Shown: in pieces, positions 1 to 14,600 of the stretch
Layout of the letters: each line of letters opens with the position of its first letter
How positions within the stretch are numbered: the stretch's first letter is position 1
Assembly: GCA_965202585.1 (NCBI GenBank)
Contig: OZ241828.1
Span: forward strand, 15,066,001-15,130,000
Length of the DNA stretch: 64,000 bases
Direction of reading: 5' to 3'
From: Thalia democratica
Taxonomy: Eukaryota
The notes under the pieces: model-generated
Told to the model about the DNA's origin: nothing
Database searches by the model: none
The model's input: the letters and a program-made list of their open reading frames with translations, nothing else
Made by a program: the position numbers and the translations under genes

Positions 1-3000
1 TGTCATAAACTTATTATGTAATAAACTTCATTTGAAAAATATATCTGAAACAGTTTATTTATAGTCGGTTTTGCATTAACCTAGTTTTCGGTTATATTCT
101 TTAAATGCTTTTAACTGTTTTATTAATTATTAAGAACAAAGAGGTCAAAAACTAACCGAAAATTTCAATGAAGTTATATTAAAAAACAAAAATATTGATT
201 TCTTTTTATACGAAGAAAACTAAATTCGCATTCAATTTCCAGCTAAGTAATTACAATATCACTACAAAAAAGACTTTTTTTTCATTATTTATAGGATGGT
301 TAACGTAAAACAACTATAACAAAAAAAAAAAATCAAAGACTTGAAGCGGATTAAAACTTAAAAATGGCTTGTATTGATTCAAAGTCTGTAACAAAAATTT
401 TTCTGTTAACCAGTCATAAACTTGTTTATAAACATACATTTTAATTATAGTTAAAACAAATTTAGGTTATGCTGAAAATACGTCAACAATCTTGTTTGTT
501 TCACAAATACAGCTTTATTGAAAAATCATTCAATCAAATTATTATAGCACAATAAAAAACCTATGCACGAATTTTTTTCTCAAATCAAATGAACTCATAG
601 CCAAAACTAAAATTTATTTTGTTGCTCGAGGCCAACATTTTCATTTTTTTACGAAAATAGCAAACTCAAACAAAACGTCAGCTTTATTTTGACGTGTTGG
701 AAAACAAAAACGAGTAAAACTTGAGTTTTTCGAAACATTTTTGACAGCCACTTTTGAAATGATTAAATATACTTTTTTGCTTCAGGAATATAAAAATTAA
801 TTATTAAGTGTTTTGATGAAAAGTAGAACATTTTCTTACTATAGTTTGTTTTGTTTGGATTTTTTTTTCAACTAGTTTATGCTTGATGAAAAATTTGACT
901 AATAAAATAAATAAACTAAGTTTTACAAAGACTAAATACTTTATACTTGTTACTTGTCAAATTTCTAAAAATATTCTTTTAAATCATAGTTTACGTGTAA
1001 CATACTATTTACTCATACTTTCAAAGTTTATTCTTTTTAATTATAAAACTATACATACAATATTTCATACTTATTATGTTTCAATAATTTAGTAAAAGTA
1101 TCTTTCGAACAAAAGTCTGTTTGTTAAATTAAGTTGTTTTAATTGAGACCATGTTGAAAAAATACTGCTTGAAAAACATTTAACTGCAAAACAACCCACT
1201 TAAAACTTGCATAACAATTCAAATTGCAATAAAAATTACGAATGGAAACAATTTTAATTTGTTTGAACTCTGTCCACACTTAAAAACAAATTTCACATAT
1301 AACTTACTAAAAGTTTACTGCAAAATCTTACATGTTTATTTGTATAAAATTGAATTTTGTACTAAATTTGTACAAAATGTTTAAGTTAGAATAAAAGGTT
1401 ACAAAAACAAGTTTTATTTGTTTAAACTTAAGACTATTTAATTATATTTCTTGCAAATATTGAACAAAGAAATTGATATATTTAAAAAAAAAGCCTCTAA
1501 AACGTGTTAAGTGTTATCATGTCATAACAAAAACAATAATAAACAAAAGCTGTTGAAAACGTTACAATATCCGCTTTTGTGATGTCATAGAACTTGTTTA
1601 CATTTAATTGTTCGCATAAGTCACATATTTCAAAATAAGTCTACAAGTCTCATGAATTTTATCCAGATGTACCTTCTTTATACAATTTACAATTTGTGTG
1701 TAAGTTATTAATCATTTTGCACAACTTTTTATTTAAAGTAGTATTATTGGAATCAATTTTTCAAGTTTTTTATCAAATTTTTTGTCGAACTATATAAATT
1801 TTCTAATGACAAAATTTCAAGTAAAAAAGAAAAATATAGTTTTGTTTTAATATAATACATCGGTAACACAAGACGAGTTTCGCGGTTTCCAATTACTTTG
1901 TTATTCTAGAAAATGTTTTTATTCTAACCATCTCTGTTTACTTATTTTGCTTTGTCACGTAAAAACATCAACAAACAATGTTTTACGGAAAATACGAGTC
2001 TATGTTTTGTCTACAAAAAGGTAGTGAATTTTTACGACTTTTGTAACACAATATATTTTTTACAATGTAACCAACATATTTTGTCGACAACTCCGCAAAG
2101 GTCGTGAAAACAAAGCTGTTATAATTTGACAATGGACGACTTTTATGACGTAATAATGCAAATAAAACAGCATGTAGTTCAGAAAACTTGAAAACAACAT
2201 TTATTTGTATAAACTTAATTCGGTTTGAAAGAAAATAACAACAACTTTTCTTTAACAAAATACAACCTTATTTAAATACCAGATTTAACTTTATAATAAA
2301 GCACAAATGAAGTAAAAAACAACTGGAATGAAAAATTCACTTTGATTTATGTTCATAACTAAACAAATTACTTTAAAAAAATTACTTGATATTATAAGTC
2401 TTTATAAAGAACACTATTATACAACTAAATTTAAGCCTTTTTTTAATTAATTGATACCATAAACTAATACAATTTAGGCAAATACGTTAAAGCTGTTTAA
2501 ATTATATATATATGACACATCCAATTATTTTATTTCCAAACGTAAGAACTGATATTTAACCTTTAACTTTTGTACTTGAATAATCTCACTTAAACTAGAA
2601 TAAACTTTTGATTAATACTTACTCCAATACTTTTTAATTGTTTTTAATAATGTTATTGGCACGTTTAAATAAACTACTTGATAATAAAATGCCTCTCAGT
2701 CAGTTTTTTTATAGTGACATAATATTCAAAACTAATCTATATACTATTTCACAGTTGATAATTGTCAGGTTTCTTTGCAGTTTAGATTAATGCAGCTAAA
2801 ATTCTTGAAAATACTTTTTTGATTAGAACAAAACCCTAAAAATATACAATTTTTATAGTTTGAAAACTAGTCATTATAAATTAATTAAAATGTAACCTAC
2901 AGTATTACGGATACTTAAAAGCTCTTTGGTACTATTTAGATTTTTTTTGAATTATCTGAATAAACTATTAAAAAAAATCACAAAGTATTGTGTTTTAGAA

Positions 3001-5434
3001 AATACCGAAAAGCTTAATGCTCATCAATAAAACATGTTTGGGAATTTATTTTTCAAGATTAAATGTTATGTGCGTAGTTTTTTAAATTTAATTGAATAAT
3101 TGATCTGAAATGTTATAAATATTTGATTAGCAAACACCAATCTTAATATTGTGTTTGCTTGAATGCTATCATAAGTGGGACTTGGAATCAAGTTTAAAAG
3201 TTTTGAGCAAACAAAATAAAATTAGTTTTAATTTATTTTGCACTTGGCGATTTAAAAAATCTGTTTACATTTTTATTTTAAATAATTTAAAACAAAAAAA
3301 CTATAACTTATCAAGTGTTCAAAATGTTTAAAGTACAAATTGATTAAAAAAAAATTATTTACAAGTATATGATAACCAAAACACAAATCAATGAAGCTTA
3401 TTGAAAAAAGAAGAAATTAAAACACGTTAAACTACTTCAAGCTTGAAAAAAAATCCAAAAACATGCTTCGACGTAAAGCGTGCAAAACAAGCTTCAAACC
3501 AATGAAGTGTTTGCAACATATTTTGTGACGTCACAATTAAAATGCGGTTCGACTGATGTTCGCTCATTGTCAAGTTTGCAATCAATTATATAAATTCAAT
3601 TGAGCGAACAGCTAATGCATTATGATTTGTCAATTTATCTTTTAGTGTAGTAGTGGATTTATTGTTAGTTTTAGTTAACTTACAATAAAACAATACAAAT
3701 TTATTTTCACAAGCTTTAAAAAATTTGCAAAATATCAAACAATAAAAATACTTTTCTTAGACAGTCAAATACATACACAATTTTTCTTATACTATAAACA
3801 TCGTATTAAACTAGTAAGAAGTTTTAACATTTCGATCTCTTCCTTAACTTAAATGTTTCAAACTTCTTAAAAAGTTGTTAAGTTTAAACGTGATTTAAAA
3901 CAACAACTAAATAAATGCTTTTGTTTAAACATCTGATCATTGTAGTTGCTAATTTATTTTAAATTTTCAAATATATGTGTTAATCTAGTGATTAACATTT
4001 TGCTAAACTTAAATGCTGCTTATTCAAATCATCTTAAAAACTTGCACGCACTAAAACTGTCAATCTCTGTCATGTGTAATTAAAATGACATTATATTTAA
4101 ATCAACTGACATAATATTTATTGCTAAATTAAAATCGTTAATTAAATGCTGTCAAGTTTTTCCAGTTTAAATTACATGCATTTTGAAACAATTGTAGATT
4201 TTAATCAAAACGCTCTTATCTTGTCATGCTATTTATAGATTAACTGAGATAAAATGAAAACATACTTTACTGAAAACTTTTGTTGTGCATTTGATATAAA
4301 ATTGAGTAGATAGTAATCAAAAAATCTTTATCAATTAAAAAAACACTTTGTGAAGCTTTGAAATGATGACTGACTTTAATGAAATAAAAAATGTTTATTT
4401 TAATAAAAAAGTATTACATATGTAAAGCATTAAAATATTGTTATATTTGATGTATTCATATATGGTAGAGCACAAATTGTATATTTTCAACTAAGTTAAA
4501 TTTTTGAACAGCATTATTAAAAATATATACAATTTATTGAAAAGTTAAGTTTAAACTATAAATTTATACTGAAAATATTTTGAAAAACAAAATAGTTTGA
4601 AATACATAAGTTAAGAGCTTAAAATCACAAATTTTTTATAACTTTTAATTAAACACTTTATTGCTAATTAAACAGTAATAAAAAAATTCCCGAAAAATTT
4701 CAACAGTAAATATTTACTGAGCAATTACATGATATTACATTTCTAATTTAAACGTGTTTAATCCGCATACTTCTAAATTCGATAAAAATTTTATAAAACA
4801 GTGAATAAAAAAAACTGTTTATATTTTACATGCTTAATGCTAGTGTAAAAGCTTGCTGCTGCAAAAGCTATTTTTGGTAAATGTTGTTATTAGTGAAAAC
4901 ATGCTACTTTGTAATTACTTCTTCTTTATTTATTACTTTCTAATACAACTACTATTTTGAAAACAACTAATTACAAACAATTACTTCAACCTGAGATATA
5001 ACAAAATATGCTTGTAATTATTACAAATCAGCTAGTATGAAAAACAGGTAAGCTTCTTTATTAAAAATTGACAAAGTAGGCTAATATTAGTATTATATAT
5101 TTCATCAAAAATATTTTATAACAGGCACGATCCACTTATTAGCACAATTGAGATTGATTGCATTCCGAGAAAACAACAGAAAATAACATTTAAAACAAAT
5201 GCATCAAAAAAATACATCAACAAAGTTCCAATGCAATGTGACAAGAATTAAAAACAGTTTTTATATGTCTGAGTATTTTATACTTAAAAATAATCTTAAG
5301 TTTTTTATAACTAATTATAAAATTTTTGATACAAGCTTGAATATATCAATTGTTTAGTTACTACTTTTACATCTGATACAATACAGGTAAAAACTTCCCT
5401 TATTGGGATTACTACAAATTAATATATTTCTAAC

Positions 5435-5613
5435 CTGTTACTGGAAGTCTGACTGGCCTTGCTGGGAGGTTTCACACCACCAGCGTTAGAATGGTACCTG
5501 TACGGGAAATCTAATGATATATCCCAGAAATTTTCCTCCCTTACTGAAGTGTTGCCGCATTCCAGACACCTCACTTCACTTCTTAACTTACCTTCGAATA
5601 CACTTCTGACGTC
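5435..5613 (-). CDS. USP44/USP49: USP exon 12 (DVRSVFEGKLRSEVRCLECGNTSVREENFWDISLDFPYRYH...); alternative in-frame acceptor at 5625
   Basis: F.G.L.S.V.C..C...S...E.FWD.SL.FP motif; donor AG|gttaga (phase 2). Confidence 0.93.
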
Positions 5614-8600
5614 CTGTATAGGGTACTGATTTGTACAATGTTTATTTGTTTAATAACTGCTCATAACTTGGTTTGTAAAAGATAAACGTATGGAACAAAA
5701 TGTCTACAGATAATTCTATTCTATTGCTAATTAACTTTAATAAAAATTACAACTGTAAGGTTTAATTAGATACAGCCATTAATTAGTATTAAAAATTGAT
5801 AAAATGAAATAAAATTATTTGATTTATTTATATAGTAGTACACAAAAGTCTAAGTACTAATTCTTTTAATTAAACAAATTACAGGTTAAAAATCTACAAA
5901 AAACTTAAGTAATATAAATTTCAAAATAAAAAACATATATACAGTGATTTAAAGAAACTAACAGTAGAAAGTTTGTTGGTTCTTTCAATTTCGCTTTTTC
6001 TCGAACTTTCCTTTTCAGGGTCTACGGATAACTCAAGAACTATTTTCTGTAAAAGTTCGCACAAAAATTCCTGCGCGTCTTGCTGGCTGTTGCCCTGTTA
6101 AAATTTTTTATAAATTTTTCTTTAACTTACATTTATTTTAGTATATTTGAAAAAATATAATATTTACATTATATGTGGTTGTTATTACCCTGTAAAAAGA
6201 AGAAACATAAGTTAATTTAATTTACTAGCACTAAGCCTTACCAAAAGTCAATTGTAACTGTTTTCACATTAAAGCTTAGTAATAAAAAATACCGCGCTTA
6301 ATTTATAACTGTATACCGTTTTATCATTTATGACGGGTCTGTTTTTTATTTTTGCGAATTTATACTTACAACACTAATATGTATTTATTATGATACAAAC
6401 AAAAAAACAGTGCCTTCTATGCCAATAAAAAAATAAAACATACTTTATAAGGAAATGTCAAAGAAATTATGTTTATGGAAATAATCGAGTTAACATCAAA
6501 ATATTTAAAGGAAAAAAAACAAGTAAACAAAATGGGTTTAATTTAAAAAGAGTATGATAAATTAAGTTGCAAATAATTTTGTTTACAGAAAAACAGCATG
6601 TGTTAATAAATAACAATTTATCATCGGTATAAGAGCTACTGTGTTTCTCAATGTTTTGGTAATTTATTATTATGTTGTTCATGATAAACAGCTTTTTTCT
6701 TTAATTATTGTTTTTTATAAGTCATTTATGAACAATGTATTGTTAAATTACTTGTGTTAAATGTAAACAAAAAAAATATTGTAGCTTAAAGTAAAAAAAA
6801 AAATTAAACTTAATATTAGAGAAAAACTCTTTGTTTTTTTAATGATTGTGGGTCTCAGTATTGCTTTGTATAATCAACTTTTTTAATATACTACTGTGTT
6901 TCGCTACGCGTCGCAACATTTTTTATTAAATATTTAAAATTTCAATATTTGAGAAAGTATTTAAAATGACAAGCGCAAGATGAGATAATTTGTTTCAAGT
7001 ATTTTAATAAAGCAAACCACAGACCGCTAATAAAGTAAAAATATTTTGTAAAACAAATCATAAAATACATGTTTTTCATTGACACATGTTTTCTTAATTA
7101 AAAGAATCAATTTTTACTTAAACATTTAAACTGTAAAAACAATTTGTTAAAAATTACTTTAAGTAGAAAGTTAATTTTACAAACAAAATGCAAACTTGTT
7201 AAACATATTTTACTTTTGTACTGACTTTATTCAACTAACATTTTATAAGTAGCTGTAGTTAAAAGTCATTAAAAACAAACCAATTGACCATTTGTAGAAT
7301 TGAAGTATTATTTTGTTATTTGTAATAAATGAAGTCAATAACAAGCAATTTATTGTTTTGTTGAAAACCACAAAATAATATAGTATTTAAAAACAATTAC
7401 GAATAAAAATGTAATAAACTAAAAATTTTGTTTAGAAATTACCACAGTATTGACTTTTTCTAGAAACTACTAATAGAATAAATTATTACTTTATTATAAA
7501 CACTTGGATCATTTTGTGAAAACTTTTAAAATGTTAAAGTTTTATTAAAACAAACTGAAAATCATAAACAAACTATTATTATCTAAAACCACTTTAAAAT
7601 GGCATATAAAAGTTTATTTTATAATAAATAAAATTTAAATCTATTTTTACAAGTACTTAGTACACAAAATGTACAAACTAATTTATATAATCAGCCTTAT
7701 AATAAAGCATTAAGTAAAGATATTTAGGCACGTAATTGTTGTTAATATTACATTGTACTTTGATGGTTTTTAGATTATAACTTAGTTGTTGTTTATAAGC
7801 ATTTTTGATTTAGTAAAAAAGAATAGTTTTATAATTTTGTTAAAACTGCTGGATTTGTAAGTAAATAAAACAATTAAAAATACAGAACTTATAAAAATCT
7901 GATACTAATTTGTAGATTAAACTGTAATATTTATAGTATTTAAAGTTGCTTGAATTTTAATATTTAAACACTAGTCAGTTTTGATTGAAATATTTAGATA
8001 TTAATAAAATGCAGACAAAATTTCTTTAAATCAAAATTTTTTTGATACTGAACAATTTAAAAAATTTTTAATCATAAGTTATATATTTTTAAGTTTCAAA
8101 TGAAAACTTAAAACATTATTGAAACAATCAAACTATCAACTCAATAATTGAAAAATATAAGACCAGACTACTGCAAATTATACAAGAGTACTAAATATAC
8201 ATTGTAAAATAAATAAAACCTAATTAGTGCTGTTTATTTAACTTTTAAGTAAATAAATAAGTATAAAAAAGTTGGAATAAATATTAAGTGAAACATATGA
8301 CTTTAAACTGGTTTTGAACAATATTATTTTTTTGAATTAAAAACCTTATCACTTTAAATTTAAAACTTTTAAATTATACATAAAAAATTAATAAAATAAC
8401 TGATAAGCTTTTAATAAACCAGTTAGTTATATTATAACTTTTAAAAAAACTACAGATATTTTTTCAAAATTAAAAAAAATACACGTGACTTTAGAGTTTG
8501 TTTAAATCAATAAAATGCATTACTGGTGCCTTTTAAATATTTATTAAATAAAAAAGAAGACATATTTCAAGTTCAAATAATTAATCAATATTTCCAAAAA

Positions 8601-11600
8601 TTTAAGAGCTTTTAGAGATAATTGTTAAATTTGTCTGTAAAATTTCCACAAACATTTTATTAGTAGTTAGAAACAAGAATTTAATTTTAGGAATCATACG
8701 ATCTTACATATAATAAATCAATAAGTTTTATTATTTTTAAGCATTAAACATTTATCAATAAAATTTTAGAAATAAATGTTCCAAAAGCTTTTACATCAGT
8801 CTACTTAATAAAATTGTAACATTGATAAAAAGCCATTAATGCTAAAAAGAAACACTCATTTAAAAAAGCTCGTGATTTATAAGTGAGTTTGTTTACATAT
8901 ACTGTGACTTTCTTTTGTTTTCGCAGTTATGGTATTTAAATTACACTACTTTTAATTCGACTGTGTAAAAAACATTTAGAAAAATCTATCAAGGTTTTTT
9001 TTTACAAAAAAGCTTGTAGCATATGTATAAATGTATTTTAATTTTATTTAGTATCTGTAAAATAATAATCTAAAAATTGTGCTCTAAATATTTATAACAC
9101 TTTTAGCCCTATACAATTTTAAACATTGAACTAGTTTCCTTTGTAATAAAATAGTGATAGCTCAAAATGTTACAAATAAATGATATTATTTTCACATGTA
9201 ACATGATATTTTTATTCGTAATGCTACAAAGTTCATCAAGTTCTTTCGAGTTTATATAACTTTGTTTACCATAAAACTTTATTTGTACTTTGCTTTTATT
9301 AAATTTATTTAAATGTTTTACGAAAAGGTTAAAAAAGTAATATAAGTTTTGTTAATATAAATTATATCAAAAATATTAATAAAAATATTTACACGGCAAA
9401 TTTATTAAAACAAGACGACCTTAATAATATACTATCAAATTTATTATATCTTAACTTCAAATTACCAAATCTTAATTTTATGTTTTAATAACTTAATAAT
9501 ATAGTAGAACATAAACTTTAAGAAACGATTTTTGTTGGCTACAAAGGCAATAGAACAATTAAAGACTTTTGAAAGAAACCTTTTCCGATGTTTAAGCGAA
9601 AACATTCTAAAATAATTATATTTAGTTATAATTTTCAAACTACAGATACTCTCCAAAAAATATTTAAAATTTGAATATACTGATGAAATAAATAAGTAAA
9701 AAACAAATCATAAAAGCAGCTATGTTTCTGCAGACTTAATACTAAATACAATTTACTGAATATCCTTAATTTTTAATTTAAACTAAATATTTGTAATTCA
9801 ACTAACCATGAATGCGGGTATATTCTTGCAAACGGCGCCCCAAAATTTTTCCGGGTATATCGCATGAGGCGCGCTTTTGCTGTTTTTATTACTCCACATA
9901 TTCGTGTAAAGATCTCCGAGTTGCCAAGTAAGTTTACCGTCAACCTTTTTTCGTATAATATATTAACTTTGTGTGTTTTGAATATCATACAGATTACTTT
10001 TTATAAATTTTAAAACTTTTTTGTTAATAATTGGTTGTTATTGATTATAATATATATATACACATTATTATTACTGTTAAAAGAACATTATATTGTTGTC
10101 TATAACTCTTATACAATTTTTCGATACAACATATCAATTATCACAGTTACTAAATTTTATTATTGGTCATTGTTAATATTACCTGTTTATTGGTGTTTCT
10201 ACTCCGCATTTGTCTTTTCCTCTTTGTGGGAATGATGTTTTCGTCCGATATCGTCGAAGATTGCCTCCCGCCGTGAAGACCTGAATCATTTGTTTCTTCT
10301 AATAAAAACAAAAAAGAAGTTTGGTTAGTTTGGTACTATGTGAAAAATATGTTTTATTAAATTAAAAGTAAAAAGATGTTAGTGGTCGACAATCAATAAA
10401 ACAAATAATGTACTTTACACTAAATTATTTTTTAAACTAGTGAAGTTTTCTGAGCTTGTCTGTATTTTTTGGGTAGGAACCATAAATATATACTTCTTAT
10501 ACACACTAAAGCATCAAGATTAATTTATTTTGGGTATTTATAAATTTAATTTATATTAAAAAACAAATGAGAGCTTTTAAATATAACGATTTTTTTAAAC
10601 AAACTTGAATAACTTTTCACTACTATTTGCAGCAAATTAAATTTTTAATACTAATAATTTATATTTAAAATGTAGAAAAATGTAACTTTTTAACTCGCTA
10701 ATAGAAAACAAGAACTCTAAAGCAGAAAAAATTAATCTTGTTGACATGCTTAACAACATTAAGTACTGAATTATATAAAATAAGCTATGTATGAAGGTTA
10801 ACGGGTTAAAAAACTTTAACTAAAAAAATCGTTATACTATGTTCTAAAAATAATTTCGAAATATTTAGTTTACTTGACGCATAGGTGATTTGCATTTTAC
10901 TTGAAATATTTGGTTTTTAAACACTTCTGTGTGAAAAAGTCAAATGAGTTCGTAATTAAATATATCAAAACATAAACAATAATTAAAAAGCATTTTTTTT
11001 AGGCGTCAAAACTTAGTTTGACGATGTTTAAAAAATTAATATAAAAACCATATGTTAAGTCTCTATTATTATAAATATTATTGAAATTGAAAATTTTCAG
11101 ATTTACTTAATGAGTGTTTTATTATTAAAACAATTCAAAAAGATAGAAATCAGAAGCTTTAGCTTTAATTTTTATCACAACATTGATATTGAATTAATCA
11201 TTTTACAAAGATAACACCAACCGTTTTGCAATTTGTTCTTGTTATTAGTGGGTGACAACAGACTTGGCGTTTTGGAAATGTTGTTGTTACTCAGTACATT
11301 GTCCAAACTGCTCAAGCATAATCTGAAAGACGGGTGATGGCCTAATACCTGTTTGAAGAAAAAATATTTTGAAATCTATTTTATCATAAATATTACTTAA
11401 GACCTAAAGGTATTATTAAATATGTACAATAACAGTTAAAAAAAATAAAATAAATAATAACCAAGTATTGACAAATAGAAACTAAAACAAAAATAAAGCT
11501 AGTTCTTAAGTATGCTCTAATTAAGGTTTATAATAAAAGCAACATTTCATTAATTTCAACTCTGAAAATGTCAAGGCTAATTAAAATGTAATTACATTAA

Positions 11601-14600
11601 GATTTGTCAAAAATTTGTGTCATTACCAGATTAAAAACTGGTAACACAAGATGGCTAAAATCTGAATAAATTTGTGATTAATGCGTGCTAATTATATTTT
11701 TGCAAGTATAATTTTTTACGGTAAGCAAATTAGAACTTTGAAGTACATATAATTAAAGAGTTAACATGTCACATAATAATCTAAATCTGTTTTTTATAAA
11801 GCTAATTAGAAATTAACAATACATAATAATTAAGTATTTTAGATTCTCATATATATACTGAGTTTTACATTTATTCAGAAAAAATATTTGACCAAGCAGC
11901 AACTAAGCAGATGTAAAAATTAAATTAAAATTAAAAAAGAAAGTGAAAAGTAAAGAACGGTATTGGCACAAAGGAAACCAAAAAATTTAGCTTGACTTTT
12001 GACCGAATTAAAAAATAGTATGGTAGAGTATAGATCACCATAAAACAAATAAGTTCGACATTGAATTCTAAAAATGTTGGGGACATTTTACTTTTGAATG
12101 ATTTATTATTCAATTACTCGGTCAGAAAATATATTTTTAACAAAATTAAACACCGAACTCAAGGTTGAAATTAAATTTTCATGTCTTTTTTATACATGTA
12201 ATATTTGTAAGTTCGAAATTTTGCAGCTTAAATTAAATTTGTGGCACCTAAACTTATCGAAATAAAATTACAAATTAAATTTAAGTTTCTTATAATTTTA
12301 GATTTGAAACCAATATTTTTGATTACTAAAAAATATCCTTTACTTATTTAGGTCAATTATATTTTACATAAAATATTTAGATAAATTTAAATTAATTTCA
12401 AAATGTTTAACTTAATTAGCTGTCATTTATTTGACATATACATTTCTTTTTCTTCTTTTTTAAAACGCTTTGTTTTGGTTTTATAGGCCAAAATTTAGGT
12501 AAAAGTTAGCTTATTAAGCTGAAAGATTATTTTTTGCGCTCAATCGAGTTATTAAGTTACACGTTTCCTTATAAAACTTTTGCGCAAATCATATTAATTA
12601 CTGGACTTTCTTTTCAATAATTACAAGAATTTGTTCTGTATTAAACAAAATATCTAAACACTCTTTTTAAAGTCATAACTGGTTAAGATGAATTGTTAGA
12701 ACTTTTTTAAGTTTACAGAACACATTGTGAAATTCAAATTACACACATTTTTTTTCCACTAAAGAATGTGAACTTTTTTGTTTATACAAATTTTCAATTT
12801 GTTTATCCAAAATCAATAACTGCCATTCACACAGCGGAGGTCAAATAAAATTGCAAATTGTACTTTTGCAAAAAGCTGTGCTAAATTTGTTTTCTAAGCT
12901 GTTTTTTGTTACATATAAAAATTTTAAATCTTTTTTAGGGTTAAGAAAAATTCAAAATCAAAACAGCTTACATTTGTTTTATTTTATGCGTTAAACTCTC
13001 CTTACTTGTAAAACTGTTTAATATTTCCAAATTTTAGTGTAACAAAATATAAGTTTAACTAAATAGGCTAATTTTGTTTGGTGTTTTTATATTGAGTTTT
13101 CTGTACACTTAATACAAACTTGTTTGACATGAAAAAAGATAATAAAACTTATTTCATTTTTCAACTGTAAAAAAAATAAGTAACCATATTTTTTTTGAAT
13201 TCACAAACAACACGTTTTCTGTTTTTAAATTGCAACTTAATTTATGTGAATTTTTGTTAACTTAAACTTACTAACTATCACGGAAAATTTTAACATTAAC
13301 TTTAGATTAAATACTTCAAATTATTTAAAATCGATATCTTTTTTAATGGTGAAAAAAAATTAACTTTCTAAAAGCGAAACAAAATCCACGTGATAAACTA
13401 AATTTATATTTCAAAATAGTGTATCAAAATCAATACGAATTCTGAGTTAGACACAAAATTCTCATAATAGAGGAAACTCAATAAGTCATCAAAAGGAAAA
13501 CAAAAAGGTCAATAAGACAAAGTGCTACTTATCAAAAAACAAACAAATTACATCATGTGCTAAATATACATCATATGATACTGAATAAACATTAGAATTA
13601 GAAATTTTACGTGCTACAAATGGCTTGTTGTTACTTTGTAAGGAATTTATTAGAAATTCCTTTTACATCTAAAGTAAGCTAAATTGATAAATAAAAATTT
13701 CTCAAAAACTGTTTAAATGGTTATTTTTGTTTGAAGAAGAAATGAATTATTTTACATTACCGAATAAATTTCGATATCAATGTATAACAGTTTATTCTTT
13801 TTTTAGAAAAGAAAAGTTAGTAGCTATGCTTTTAGTTTCAAAATAAAACGAAAAACTGCATTTGAATTTTAAAATATATTTTAAGTAACCACTTAAAATA
13901 AGAGTTTAGATATTTTGAGAAAATATAAAACTTTGTTTTAAAAATAAATCATCAAGTCTTGCTCGACATTGAAATTGCTAAAATAAACAAGTTTTAAATA
14001 ACTTGAATTACGAGAATTTCAACATATAGTTTCTCATACTCGAAATTTTACGTAAATAACATCTTGAGGTATGGAATCTTTCTTTTTAAATATAAATATT
14101 GCTAGTGTTTGATAGAAATAAAAAATTTATACTTTATGTAACTAAAAAATTAATTTTTAAACAAATAACACCTGCTACTTGAAACTTACTTGTATAAACT
14201 TTATTTCTTTGTTTAAATATTTAAAATAAAACTTACAGTTAGTTTAGACATAGAACCTAATAATAACTTTTTTTAATAAAAAAAATAAAAATATTTTCAA
14301 CTTTTTTATGTTTTAAATTCAAACTTAACTAAAAAAATACTTCAGTTATTCAACAGCTAGAAAATAAAAAGCATTTGTTCATTTATTTTAAAAATTTTAA
14401 TGTTTTAAGAAGAACATTTTTTTAGTTAAAAAAAAATTACAATACCATATTTTACATAAATAAAGTTTTATCAATCTTTTTATATGTTTTGTTCCAGATA
14501 AACAATAAATAATTTGTTACAATGTTTTAATATAATTTTTTATAACTTGCATATGTACTTGGAAATAAAATTATGTTTTATGACGCGGAACAAATCTTTT

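Noticed and set aside
1-5434. Remaining USP exons (second CxxC, His box); candidates at about 3440-3590 (FEACFARFTSK) and 1983-2258
   Set aside because: No in-phase acceptor with USP motifs was found; the exons probably lie left of the window.
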